Assembly: GCF_009834535.1 (NCBI RefSeq)
Contig: NC_045707.1
Coordinates: 48,548,001 to 48,612,000 of the forward strand
DNA length: 64,000 bases
From: Camelus ferus
Taxonomy: Eukaryota
Direction of reading: 5' to 3'
The translations under genes and the position numbers were made by a program. Shown here one piece after another: positions 24,971 to 37,774 of the stretch. Position 1 is the stretch's first letter. Every line of letters starts with the position of its first letter. The notes under the pieces are model-generated. The model saw nothing but the letters and a program-made list of their open reading frames with translations. It ran no database searches and had not been told where the DNA came from.

Positions 24971-25317
24971 TATCACTCATATGCAGAATCTAAAAAAGAA
25001 AAAAGAGGACACTAATAAACTCATCTGCAAAACAGAAACAGGCACAGTAAACAATCTTATGGTTACCAGGGGAAAGAGGGTGGGAAGGGATAAATTTGGG
25101 AGTTTGAGATTTGCAAAGGTTAACCACTATATATAAAAATAGATTAAAAAATTTCTTCTGTATAGCACAGGGAACTATATTCAGTATCTTATAATAACCT
25201 TTAATGAAAAAGAATATAAAAGTGAATATGTATGTATATACATGAGTGGGACATTATGCTGTACACCAGAAACTGACACATTGTAACTGTTTATACTTCA
25301 GTTAAAAAAAAAGAGGA
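24971..25317 (+). mobile_element. 5'-truncated lineage-specific L1 (3' UTR plus A-rich tail)
   Basis: Perfect 15-bp TSD AAAAGGAAGACATGA at 24956-24970 and 25318-25332; TTTT/AAAA endonuclease site; cetartiodactyl-type 3' UTR (tgtatagcacagggaactatattcagtatctt). Confidence 0.92.
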
Positions 25318-25549
25318 AAAAGGAAGACATGAGTTGGCACATAGCAGATTATGGGATTAGAAAGACAAAAAAGTAGAGAAGAGAAATAATACTTATTGAA
25401 GACCATGCTCTTACCAAAATAAACATTTTCATATTAGCCATTAATTTTATATCCATTTTATCACTGTAGAAACTGAAGCTTAGCAGACCTCACACAACTA
25501 CAAAGTCAATAAAGGTTGTATCCATTTCTCTTTCCTATGTTGCTTTCTT

Positions 25550-26990
25550 TCTTTCTTAAGACTTTATGATTTTTAGAGCAGTTTTAGGTTCACAGAAAAA
25601 TTGAGTGGAAGAAGGTACAGAGATTCCCCAAATATCCCCCAACCCCACACATGCACAGTCTCCTCCATAATGAATGTCCCCCACCAGAGTGGTACATTTG
25701 TTAGAACTGAGGAACCTACACTGACACATTCATTAGCACTGCAAATCCATTATTTACATTAGGGTTCACTCTTGGTGTTGTACATTCTATAAATGCAAAG
25801 TGACTTTTATCTATCATGGTATCATAGAATTTTCACAGGCCTTAACATTTTCATCTCTCCTCCATAACCATAGCAACCACTGATATTTTTACTATCTCCT
25901 TTGTTTTGCCTTCCCCAAAATGTTGTATAGTCAAAATTATACAGTGTGTAGCCTTTTCAGATTGGCTTCTTTCACTTGTTAATATGCATTTAAGTTTCCT
26001 CCATGTATGTTCATAACCTGATAGCTCATTTATTTTTCATGCTAATAATATTTGATTGTTTGGATATACCACAGTTTATCCATTCAGGTACTGAATGACA
26101 TCTTGGTTGCTTCCAAGTTTTGGCAATTATAAATAAAACTTCAGTAAATATCTATGTACAGGTTTTTATGTGGACATAAGTTTTCAACTCCTTTGGGTAA
26201 ATACCAAGAACTGCAATTGCTGGATCATACAGTTTTATAAGAAATTGAAAACCTGTCTTCCAAAGTAGCTGTAACATTTTGCAATCCTACCAGCAATGAA
26301 TGAGAGTTCCTGTTGCTCCACATCTTTGTCAGCATGTGATGTTGTCAGTGTTCTGGATTTTGGCCATTCTAACAGGCCTATAGTGATATGTTATTGTTGC
26401 TTTAACTTGTAGTTTTCTGATGACATATGATGTGGAACATGTTCTCATGTGTTTATTTCCCATCTATATATCTTCTTTAGTGAGATGCCTGTTAAGATCT
26501 TTGGCCTGTTTTTAAAATTAGATGGTTCTCTTCTTGTTGAGTTTTGACGGTTGATTCTTTTGGAGCTTTTATGTAGATGATTATGTCATCTGCAAACAAA
26601 GACAGTTTTATGTCTTACTTCCTAATGGGGATTTTTATAACTTTTGTTTCCTTTTCTTGCCTTATTGCATAAACTAGAATTTCCATACAATGTTGAAAAG
26701 GAATGTTGACAGGGACATCCTTATCTGTACCTGGTCTTAGTGGGAAGGCTTCAAGTTTATCACCATTAAGTATGATGTTATCTGTAGGTATTTTGTAGAT
26801 ATTCTTTATTAAGTTTCTCTTTCTTTCTAGTTTACTGAGACTTTTTATCATGAATGGGTATTGGATTTTGTCAAATGCTTTTTCTGCATCTATTAATATG
26901 ACCATATAACCTTTTTCTTTTTTTTAGCCCTTTGATGTGATAGATTATATTAATTAATTTTTAAATGTTGACCCAGCCATGCATCCTTGG
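25550..26990 (-). mobile_element. L1MC-type LINE: 3' end joined across a deletion to the ORF2 RT region
   Basis: tagagcagttttaggttcacag...gtacagagatt 3' end motif; sequence jumps near 26550 into RT-coding sequence. Confidence 0.85.
26615..26905 (-). pseudogene. Decayed L1 ORF2 reverse transcriptase fragment
   Basis: Peptide IDAEKAFDKIQYPFMIKSL...ILNGDKLEAFPLRPGT matches the L1 ORF2 RT motif. Confidence 0.92.
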
Positions 26991-27130
26991 GCCAATTACA
27001 TAAATTTAAAAATATCAGTTTGGAGGACAAAGAAAAACTTGGCAAGGGCCTCAAAAATCTGGTTTTCATATTTTGAAATTTATCTCTAAAAGATAAGATC
27101 TCTTTAAAGAATATGACCACAATACTATTT

Positions 27131-27152
27131 TGTGTGTGTGTGTGTGTGTGTG
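27131..27152. repeat. (TG)11 microsatellite
   Basis: Read directly from the sequence. Confidence 0.95.
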
Positions 27153-27194
27153 TTTGGAGGCATGTGGTTTATTTTTTTTTTCTGCTGTACATCT

Positions 27195-27770
27195 CTTTTA
27201 ACATTTTTTATTGATTTATAATCATTTTACAATGTTGTGTCAAATTCCAGTGTAGAGCACAGTTTTTCAGTGATCATTGTCACATTTTTTTCTCTGTGAG
27301 CTACCATAAGATCTTGTATATATTGCCCTGTGCTATACAGTATAATCTTGTTTATCTATTCTACATTTTGAAGTCCCAGTCTAGCCCTTCCAACTCTCCG
27401 CCCCCTTGGCAACCACAAATTTGTATTCTGTGTCTATGAGTCTGTTTTTGTTTTGTATTTATGTTTTGTTTGTTTGTTTGTTTTAGATTCCACATATGAA
27501 CAATCTTATATGGTATTTTTCTTTCTTTTTCTGGCTTACTTCACTTAGAATAACATTCTCCAGGAGCATACAGTTTGCTGCAAATGGCATTATATTGTCA
27601 TTTTTGTGGCTGAATAGTATTCCATTGTATAAATATACCACATCTTCTTTATCCAGTCATCTGTTGATGGACATTTAGGCTGTTTCATGTCTTGGCTATT
27701 GTAAATAGTGCTGCTATGAACGTTGGGGTGCAGGTGTCATTTTGAAGTAGGATTCCTTCTGGATATATGC
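27195..27770 (-). mobile_element. Camelid-type L1 3' end
   Basis: tttattgatttataatcattttacaatgttgtg...ccctgtgctatacag...tttagattccacatatga...tggcttacttcacttag. Confidence 0.85.
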
Positions 27771-28044
27771 ATGATACCATTATCATCCACAAAAATAGGT
27801 ATAATAATTTCTTAGTATCATCAAATATCTAGTCTTCACTTACATTTTTCTAATATTCTCATATTGTTAAATACATTATTTAATCTTTCTCCCAACATTT
27901 TATTATGAAAAATTTCATATAACAAAGTCAAAATTATTTTATAGCAAACACCTACTTAGAGATGCTCTAACTGAAATTGATATAGTGACTCTTTTCTTGC
28001 TAGGTGAGCAGGGTAGTGAGAGTGACCACCTGGCCTTTCCATTT

Positions 28045-28170
28045 GTCATTTATTCATTGGACAAGTTCTTACTGTTAACTTCCTATATGCCATGTACTGT
28101 ACTAGGGGCTGGGGACATTGCAGTAAGTAGGCCAGATGTAGTCCTTACTTTCACAGAGCCTACTTTTAAG
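28045..28170 (-). mobile_element. L2 LINE 3' end
   Basis: catttattcattgg...cctatatgccatgtactgtactaggggctggggac. Confidence 0.7.
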
Positions 28171-28229
28171 TGACAGGGTAGCAGCTGCACTTGTCATAAC
28201 TAGCTATGTTGCAGTAGTTAGTATACTTG

Positions 28230-29340
28230 TTTGGAGACTCCTACCTAATAAGCTTCTGTATTACTGAATAGGGTTTCCCTTCCCTCTCTACTCTTACACA
28301 TGCATACACCCCTAAAAATTATCTTCCAGCTCTCAGAATTGTCTTTCTCACTGCATCTGATAATGACGTTAAAAATCATCCTTGGCCATTCATTAACTCC
28401 AGATTCCATAGCATGACATACGTAGTCTTTCTCTACGTGGTTTAGCTTGACATTCCAGCTTTTTCTCTGGCCATTCCCCACTCACCTTATACAGGTATAT
28501 CTTGTTTTATTGCATTTTGTTTTATTGTGCTTCACAGATATTGTATTTTTATAAGTTGGAGGTTTGTGGTAACCCTACGTTGAGCAAGTCTGTTGGGACC
28601 ATTTTCCCAATAGCATTTGCTCGCTTTGTGTCTCTGTGTCACCTTTTAGTAATTCTTGCAATATTTCAAACTTTTTCGTCACTATTACATTTGTTATGGC
28701 AATTTGTGTTTAGTGATCTTTGGTACTACTATTGCAAAAAGATTACAACTTGCTGAAGGCTCAGATAATGGTTAGCATCTTTAGCAATAGAGTATTATTT
28801 AATTAAGGTATGGATATTGTTTTTTTAGACATGTTATTGCACACTTGATAGACTACAATATAATGTTAACATAACATCTATATGCACTGGAAAACCAAAA
28901 AAAAAATTGTGTAACTCAACTTTATTGTGGTGGTCCAGAACCAAACCCACAGCATCTCAGAGGTGTGCCTGTACTCCAGCTACACAGAGATACTCTTAAG
29001 TTCTCCCAAAGTATCCCATTTTTTGTGTGTGCTGTTTCCTTTACACAGAATACTTGACACTTTTTTTTCCCCAGGCAAACTCCTGTTAATCTTTTTGTCT
29101 CCATTTAAACATCCCTTCATGTAAAAAGTCTTTACCTTTTCTTCCAGGAAACTGGTCATCTCTCCTCTGGAGTCACAATGATTTATGTTTACATGTATTT
29201 CAAAGAATATTACATTCTATTATAATCATTTGCCTAACTATATTTCACCTTTTGCTTCTCTAAGAAATCTTGTCTTGTTTTTGAACCTTTAGTATGTAGC
29301 AAAGGTCGTGTAATATGGTAAGGAATGAATTAATGGTTAG
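28230..29340 (+). mobile_element. L2 LINE, interrupted by a Tigger1 derivative
   Basis: Degenerate L2 text on both sides of 28492-28971, ending gaatgaattaatg. Confidence 0.55.
28492..28971 (+). mobile_element. Internally deleted Tigger1 derivative
   Basis: CAGGTATATCTTGTTTTATTGC ... GAGGTGTGCCTG TIRs with TA TSD; both ends match Tigger1. Confidence 0.9.
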
Positions 29341-30454
29341 TTGAATTGATTTCATTTGAATTAAGACTGTGGTTGAGAAAACTCAGTTTTGATTATTTGT
29401 GATGAGCATTAATCCCCATCTAGAAATGATATTTAATTAAGAGAACCAGGTTCTAATTTTTTGATGACCAAATATCTAGATGTATAGATTTAATCAGAGT
29501 AAATCACCTTATGAGAATTGTATATAGGTCTTTCTCAACATTTTGTTAAGTCTGTTTTGGAACAAAGACTGGACATTTAAAAATAAAATATGGTAAATCA
29601 CAAGTACTTAACATTTTAACATTTCAAATACTATAATGTGATTTACCTCAAATCCAGGATTTGGGCAAAGGTTACTCTAGAGTTATATGAAAATCCCCAT
29701 ACTCTTCTAAAATAACTGAACACAGGCCACTCCTGAGGCTGTTTATTTTTACATGATATACAATGAAAACACTATAATTAAGAATGGGTAAACCCAGCTG
29801 TGCTTTGGGTTTATCAAATTTCTCAACGTTGTTTTTGACTATTTGGAGTCCGTGAAGACTAAAGCCTACTTTTCCAAGAATTTTCCCTCAATTTTTAAAT
29901 CAGTGTTTATTTTAAAAGAAGTACAATCCATATGGTTTTCATTCCTTTACACTTAACTCATCCAAATGCAGTTTTGCAAGAACTATTTGAAGTGAAAAGC
30001 TTTTTGAAATTTTTATGAGCTTTTTTGTCTTTTTCTCCCCCTCAGAAAAGGAAACAATAGTTTGCCAAGTGTAAACAAAGCTAATCACCAAACAGTTTTA
30101 TATTCTAAAATAATGAAACCAGATTGGGTTCTGAATTTAACAAAATAGTTCGTTTATCCCTAGTGAGTCTGTTGTCTTAAGCTCATACAGAGACTGCCTT
30201 CTCTATAGCACAGCCTGGGTGACGCCAGCATTGTACCATTCAGACTTTCAGATCTCACACAAAACAGCAGCCAACTGAGTTGCTTCCCAGTCAGGGTTTA
30301 CTTATCGTATCTTTATTTTGTCAAAGAAGCCACCAAAGTGCAATATTAAATGTCATGACAACCCAGAATAGTTAATGATAGGGCATGTGAATGGATAAGC
30401 AATGCTGTAGTCTGTGAATGAAGTCTGAACATGCTTTTCAAGTCCCACCTAAAA

Positions 30455-30681
30455 GAGCTGTCAGCAAGCTACAGCCCATGGACTAAAAACAGCCTGCTAA
30501 CTGTTTTTGTAAATAAAATTTTATTAGAACACATCCACAACACCCATTCCTCCATATATGACTTATGGTTGCTTTTGTGCTACAATGGCAAAGTTGAGAA
30601 TTTACGACAGAAACCATATAGAAGGCAAAGTGTAAAATATTTACTACCTCAACTTTCACAGAGAAAGATTGCTAACTCCTG
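30455..30681 (+). mobile_element. MER58A (hAT-Charlie)
   Basis: tgtttttgtaaataaaattttattagaacac...gctacaatggcaaagttgag...aaaatatttacta...ctcctg. Confidence 0.85.
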
Positions 30682-31049
30682 ATCTAGATGATATGTGGCT
30701 AATAACCCTTAGCTTCTCTGCTCTGGCCATAATACAAAACTTCTCTGAATGTCATGTTCTCTCTCTCTAGGTTGAGGATTAGCAGGATATTAAAAAATAA
30801 ATAAATAAAGATTCTTCTTAGAAAAAGAAGATATAACTAGAAAACAAACATGTTACAAATATACATTATTTTTCACGTAACAGTCAGAAATGAACATTTA
30901 CTGTAAAATTTCCAACTTCCAGCTTGTCTATGACCAAATATTTTGGGGATTTGAAAAATGTATACAATTATCCTAGCACTAAAGTATTCATAGTAGTGAT
31001 CTCTTTGGTGAGGTGGTTATTTTTCTCCTTCTGTTAATAATATAGCTGA

Positions 31050-31890
31050 AGAGTAACAGTCATCTTTCATAAACCTTACTTTGTGCTAGCACCTATGCTG
31101 TGCTACTTTCCCTGCATTATTATATTTAATCCTCACAAAAGCTCTTTCCTAAGTTGTTTAAACTCTAGAGATCTGTTTCTTCTTTTGTAAAATGTGGACA
31201 ATAATATTACCTACCTCATAGGGCTATTTTGAAGACTGAAAAATTTAATACATGAATGATATTTAGAAGAAGACCTAAGCTATCTGTCATCCCTCATAAT
31301 GACCCCAAAAAGTCATTTGCACCAGGAGAACTCAATTTATTAAACCTACTACAGTAAAGGGGAGTGCCTTTCTATAGTCTTAGGAGCGTCTCAGAAGAGG
31401 AAAATCAAGAGGAAAAATATATATATATATAATATATAGTATGTATATATAATACCATATATATGTTTCTATGTGTATATATGTGTATGTGTGTGTATGG
31501 TATTAGAATTTGGACTGATGATTTTGAGAGGAGTCTTGAAAAGCAGGTAACTGATAGCAGTTTCTGATGTGAGAGTTATGGATTAACGGGCACAGCTGAG
31601 GTAAGAGGCTTGGTACAGTATTGATACAGAAGCAGTCCATCTTATTAAATGAGTTGTTTTAGTTGGTGTATCTTCCAGGAATGATTATTTCCTGGCCCAT
31701 GTAGCTGTTATTTTTTTTGCCAGTCCTAGAACTGTTTAGCACGACAGGCAAGTGTGTTGATTTCAGCTTCACATCCAACGTAGTAAGGGCTAAGTATGTA
31801 CTAGCAATTTTCATTATTTTTAAAATTATCATTACATTACAGATGAGACTTAGAAAGGTTAGATAATTTTTCCAAAGTCACACAGTCCAG
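31050..31890. mobile_element. Nested MIR(-) / MIR(+) / LTR cluster
   Basis: MIR(-) at 31050-31145 resumes at ~31825-31890; MIR(+) at 31150-31280 with its tail at ~31782-31820; LTR in between. Confidence 0.6.
31285..31780 (-). mobile_element. Old ERV1-type LTR (MER90/MER110-like)
   Basis: Starts TGTCA; tttattaaacctactacagtaaaggggag; similar to 32160-32710. Confidence 0.45.
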
Positions 31891-32159
31891 TTATTATTGC
31901 TCCTATTTTGTTCATATTCCAATGCATTCGTGTGAGTGTAGAATTAAGAAGGTCTGTACTTTAAGCATCTCCTTGCTCAAATAAGCCTTATGCTCTTATA
32001 GAAGAATTTTTTTATTAATTTTAATGTGTGGGGTGTGTTGGGTTTGTTTTTGTTTTTTTTTGTATTAGTTCAGTTGGACTCACTTAAGTTTGATGGAGCT
32101 GGTGGTGGTGTGTGAATGGTCAGTAGCAGTGGGTGAGAGGGAGTGGGTGCTATGGCTAC

Positions 32160-32710
32160 CATCGTCAACTCCCCCCCAAAACACAAAACATATGCTAATT
32201 AGGCAAAGCTGTTCATCAGACCCATTGCAGTAAGAGAGAACATCACCTAGACAGTTTTAGTTCAGTCTCTGAAGGGGAAAGTCAGAGAGGGATATCTGTC
32301 AGGTTGGAGATCTGGTCACACTAGGTTTATAGTGGCTTTCTCAAGACAGAAAACGGATTGAAATTGGACAAAGTTGTTGGCATAAAATTGGTGGACACAG
32401 TAGTAAGGCAAGAGTTTTGAAGCAGCTCTAAGAAGTAAAATATTGTTTGATTGGGGGGCTGTTGGCCAGGTAAGGAATCTTTTGTTCTGATAGGAGAGCT
32501 GTTTGCCTAGTTGAGCAAACTATTTGCCCAAATTGGTTTGCACATATTTACTAAAGCCAAGAATGAGATTATTTATTGGTTATATTCTTATCTTCTTGGG
32601 TGAGAACTTCTCTGGAACACTTAAGTCATGTTGACACAGGTGGACTCAGTTCTCATTCCTGATAATTAAGTTACACAGATGAAGGTGGGTTCAATTCTTG
32701 AATCAGACAG
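32160..32710 (-). mobile_element. Old ERV1-type LTR (MER90/MER110-like)
   Basis: Minus strand gagaactgagtccacctgtgtcaacatgacttaagtgttccag...aagataagaatataaccaataaataa. Confidence 0.55.
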
Positions 32711-34608
32711 TGATGGATGATACTTGTGCTTATTCTCATTCCCAGGACTATTCTTTTTTTAAAAAAAAACCCTTTGGTATGTTAATCCTCTAATCAGGTG
32801 AGTTGTCTGCAGATAGAAAAATTCAAAATTTATTAGAGTAAACAGTGTTACTCAGGCCAACAAATTAACTTATTGATTAATTTTATCTGCAGTATTCATA
32901 TAAGATTGTTAATTTGCGGCAACTTTGTTAACACCTTTATTTTATAAAGTGTAAGTGTTTATTCACCTATTCACTAGAATTTTACTATCTTGTAATGTTG
33001 TGTCAACTAGGCTAAATCACTTTCCAAAGCTAAATGTCCCCTAGTCTTTTTCAGTTTGGATATATCTATGCCTTTAATTACTAATTATTTTTTCAATTTT
33101 CTGCCTCTTCATGGTAAATTAGTGATGGATTATTCCATTTTTTTCATGCTGCAGCTGATCTATTTCTTAGGGTTTCACTTTTACTTACTAAATAAAGAAA
33201 GAAAAGAAAAGAAAACACTTAATTATATCATTGTACCTGAGCAAGCAGATAAAGCCCTAAGATGAATAGCCCTAAGGTTCCGCTGAGCTACACATCAAGG
33301 GAAAAATAACGTAAGCATTCTAGGCAGAAGCTAAATAAATATCATAAGGGACGGAAGAAGAAGGGGAGGGAGGGAGAGAGATAAGTAAAGTTTTTTAAAT
33401 TATTAAAAAAGAAAATCATTCTTTAAAACAGATGTGCTAAAACATGATCAACAGAATATACTTTTAAAATAAAAACAAGAAATCATTTAGAAGGGGGATA
33501 TTCCAAATTTTAAAGATTGATATCCAAGTGCATAAACTGTGTATCGCAAATCAAGTTTGCTAAGATGCCATAGTAGTGAAAAAAATAAGAAACAACTAGG
33601 AAAAGTCAATGATCAACATTAAACAGAAGTCTAATAAAGAACCAGTGTGCACAGGTACAGAGTATGTCAGGCCTATGGGGATTATAAGCAAAATGCAGAA
33701 ATACATCTCTCTAAGTGATTATTTTCATTAATTTTATCTCCCTTGGTTAACCAATGAAGTTCTACAGGTAAAAGTTACAATTACATATGCATTTTCTGTC
33801 TGTTACTGAGTGTACAAAAGGAAATATAAAGCAAAATGCAAATGAATTACTCTTTTTTGTAGTGGGGGGAAGAAAATGTTAACAAGGAAGCTGTATGCTG
33901 ATTGAGAACCACAGACATCTGACAAGCCACTACTGATTATGTATTATAATTCATGTTAATGATAAATCAGCCTGTTTGTTTTTCCAACTTTACATGTATG
34001 CGGAGCACTTTTATTAAGTAGAGAGAAAGCCAAGCCAGCAGCTAGGAGCTGGAGCAGACCTACCAACATGGCAGCCAGTGCAGTCAGTTAACTGCATTGC
34101 TGACAGCAAGTTCTTTCTTGAAGGCAAATCTGACCAGAGCACTTTCATAACTATCCCAGTCTCACCTTGTGCCACTTCTCCTTGTATGTTGGGGAGCAGT
34201 TCCTCGATGGTCTCTGTGGGCCTCACTTCCTGAGGGAAAAACTAGTAGGAGGTTAATGGGTTAAACAACAACCCCCTTCACCACGTTGGTCTTGGGGCAG
34301 TAACTGATGCTCATCTAGTCTCTCTCCCAAATTCTAGCAGTTCTAGGTTTGACCTGACACTTCATTTCTGTTGGAGCTGAGCCCTTGGCAACCATTCTTT
34401 TAGCAGAAGTTGCTCCTGTCTATTCATAATTACAGTGGAACAAGGGAGTATGAGGTAGTGCCCAAGTTCCACACATATTCCTCCTTCCACCCTTGAAGGT
34501 CAATTCCTCCTTCATGATGGTAACTCTCTTGCCACGAGGAGCCCTAAGTGCCCTGGTAACAGCGGCAGCGTCCTGTCCCCGTTACCCTGGTCAATGTGCA
34601 TCGTCTAA

Positions 34609-34718
34609 GGCAGTTTCTCAACTTCAGCACTGTTGACATTTGGGGCTGGGTAAAACTTTGTAATAGGAGGGTTGTTCTGCACCTTGTAGGATGTTTAGCA
34701 GCAGCACTGACCTCTACT
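34609..34718 (-). mobile_element. MER20 fragment inside the ERV-L
   Basis: cagtttctcaacttcagcactgttgacatttggggctgg...tgtaggatgtttagcagca. Confidence 0.85.
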
Positions 34719-35084
34719 GTGTACCCACATATCAAGGCAACCCATTTATAAACTAACATCCCTCCTCCTTCAGATGGTTTATGGGAGCTGGAAGAGGGGC
34801 ACTAGGACAATAATGCAGGTGACATGGTCTGAGCTATCTGTCATGTAGGTTATATATTTTTGGATCCAACTTGGACTTGGTTCTGGATGTACCACTTGCA
34901 TGTTACAGTGGAGATTTGCTAGACCAGCCCACCTTTATAACCTGTTGGGTCTAACAGAATCCAGCTGTAGAAGGGAAGTTCCTGATGCTTTGTCATTTGA
35001 TGCATTGTCTATGGTTAAGCATTCTACCTCCATGTGAGGCCCAGTATCATGCAAGGTGTTTCTAAACAGATGTATAATTCTCTG

Positions 35085-35669
35085 TGTATTAGTTATCTAT
35101 TGCTGCCTAACAAATTACCACAAACTTAGTGGCTTAAAACAATACATACATGTAAGTTTCTTTGGCTCAGGAGCCTGGACCTGGCTTAACTGAGACCTCT
35201 GCTCAAGGTCTGACAAGGCTGAAGTCAAGGTGTTAGCCAGGCTGTGTTCCTATGGGGGACTCAGGATTCTGTCCCGAGCTCACGTGATTGTTGGTAGAAT
35301 TCAGTTCCTCCCAGTTATAAGACTGAGGTCCCTGTTATCTGTCAGCTGGGAACCACTCTCAGCTCTTAGACGCCACCCTTAGTTCCTGGACACAAGACTG
35401 TCTCACAGTATGGCAGTTAACTTCTTCAAAGCCAGCAGGAGAGTCTTACTCCAGTCCACTAAGATGGAATCTTATATAACATAACAGAACATGACATAAT
35501 CATGAGAGTGACTGTCTCATCCCCTTTGCCATACAGCATCACGTAATCAAGGATGAGAATTTGTCATATTCTGTTGGTGAGGAGAAAGTCACAGGTTCTG
35601 CTTACACTCATGGGATTGTACAAGGGCATGACTGCTTGTGGGGGTGTCACCTTAAGGTATGTCAGCCAC
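35085..35669 (-). mobile_element. MLT1D/E-type MaLR solo LTR inserted in the ERV-L
   Basis: tgtattagttatctattgctgcctaacaaattaccacaaacttagtggcttaaaacaa; 5-bp TSD CTCTG at 35080-35084 and 35670-35674. Confidence 0.88.
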
Positions 35670-36159
35670 CTCTGTTTTGGATGGCATGGCCTCATTCCTG
35701 GCTCTCAGGGGCCTGGATTGTGATTCTCCCACTGGTGCTCCCAGTGGTGCTCTTCCCACCGCGCTTTTTCTGATCACTGAGACCCCTAACCTCATAGGGT
35801 ACATTAAGACATGTGGCCAGAATGCTGGGCTGCTGGTACCACAGCCTGGACATCCTCCAGAGCTCTTCCTTCTCTGAGTCCTATACAGAAGCTGGCAACC
35901 TCCTATGTCAACAGGTAAATGGGTCAGAGCAGAATTCTCAGGTGTCTAATGTGTCACCACTATAACCCAAAGAGGCCTGTCAGACATTATTGTATGTTCT
36001 TTGTTATAGGAGATATAAAAATGCAGCAATTTGTCTTTTAATTTTGAGCACAGCCATGGCCACTAAACCCCTAAAACCCCTGAAGGGGCAAGTCCAAGAT
36101 TCTTCATAGGGTTTATCTCCTACTCTCCAAAGCACATATTGTCTTGGCAAGATTTCCAC

Positions 36160-36820
36160 TATGCTAGGTACATCTCACTCTTCCTGTCCAATCAACATGA
36201 TGTTGTCAGAACATCATGCGATGTTCTGTGGGATGTCCCAATGGCCCAGAGCCTTTCAGACTAAATTATGTCATGGACGGAATGTGATTGACATAACCCT
36301 GACGCAAAACTCTAAGTCAATACTGTTGCATGTAAATGCAAACTGTTTGTGATCCTCTTTTCTAATGAGAATACAAAGAATACATTTGCCAAATCAGTGA
36401 CTCTATGCCATAGACCTGAGGCCTTATTAATTTGCTCTAGCAATGATTCTATATTCTACACAATGTATTGTAATCAGTACTAGTAATTGGTTGGGCTGTG
36501 GTAGCTCTAAGATCCGTGTCTTTTCTGCTGGGGCCAGACTGGTAAATGAAAAGGAAATTTGATAGTGATCACCATTCTAGTTTTGTACTAATGTCTCTAA
36601 TCTTTGCTACCTTATCCCTTCTCAATAATGTGATACAGTTTTTAATTTTCTATCTGGGCCAAGTGGAATCAGTTTGAAAGGTTTCCAGTTGGATTTTCCC
36701 ACAATGATAGGTCTTATCCCACTAGCCAAGAACCCAGTATGGGGTTTACTCCAAATATCCACTGTATCAGTTCCAACTGTATACTCAGGTTCTGAGGAAA
36801 TGATGATTACGTTGTCCACA
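36160..36820 (-). pseudogene. ERV-L pol (protease end / RT) remnant
   Basis: ORF 36622-36819 resembles ERV-L SWQNPHIGSL..GVRAIMVGKAKWKP; the YIDD catalytic motif is decayed to CSDN. Confidence 0.8.
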
Positions 36821-37774
36821 GACCCAATGGTCCACTGTGAGCTGGACTTTAGTCAGGACTTCATTTATTACCTGGCTTCCATAAGCCCTTACTCTCACAG
36901 AAGGGCCACAAGAACTCTAGCTATCAGTGTCAGCTCAGACCTTTGTGTTTAGCACTTCTAAAATTATCTTTCCCAGTGTGTAGTCACTTGAATAAGTGGC
37001 CATGAGTCCCTTTAGGAGGGGAATGAAGGACCCATTACATTATTTACTTGCTTCTGTGTTATGGAGTCTTTTATAGTAGAGACCTAGTTTTCAGACAGTG
37101 GGTTCCAAATCTGAAAATCAGTTCAGCAACTGAACAGGGAATTGTGACTTTTTATCTGGAAGACTGCTCTCAACTTCCTATTCCTCCATTCTTGACTATT
37201 TCTGGTTGTAGATATTAATCATCAGTCTTTTTGGCTGCCTCTGTATCCTGTTTTTAGGGATACCATGCTTAATCAACTATCTCTATAACTCCCTAATGTC
37301 ACACGGCCTTCACTGTTCCTCTGACTTTGCTGGTATTAATGGTAATTGTGGTCCCCAGGCTTCTCGTCTCTGTTTCTTTGCAGTCCCATTGTCCGCAGTG
37401 ACATTACATGCCCAGAGATGGTCTGCAGAGGAGGACCAGTACTGACCTCATAAGTAATTCTGGTGCCACAATCACCAGCACATTTCTGATAGTCATGGTA
37501 CTTGGTGGTGTTCTCTGGGGCCTCCCATAATGTATAATCCTCTGGTGAGCCTTTTGACCTCATGTACCTGTTCCAGCAGGCCCACTTGCCTCAGTCTGTT
37601 GATTCCTTCCTCTACTCTCTGCCAAGGCAAATCAAGCAATCCCACTTTGCTCAGTGTTGTCCATCATTTTCCATACTTCTTACTCAGGGGTCGTTGGCAA
37701 AGTTTTAAACACATTGTCCTCAAAGAGTGTCTCCAAGTCAATGAATTCTTGCCCTCTTTCATCAAACACCATTG

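Larger units (their letters stand above)
34020..37770 (-). mobile_element. Decayed ERV-L (HERV16-like) provirus: gag, pro, RT and 3' LTR remnant
   Basis: Minus-strand peptides EFIDLETL and LPWQRVEEGIK (gag), WSKPHTGFLASGIRPIIVGKSNWKP (pro-RT junction), DLANVFF, KQFAFT and DNIMLIG (RT); many stops and frameshifts. Confidence 0.85.
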
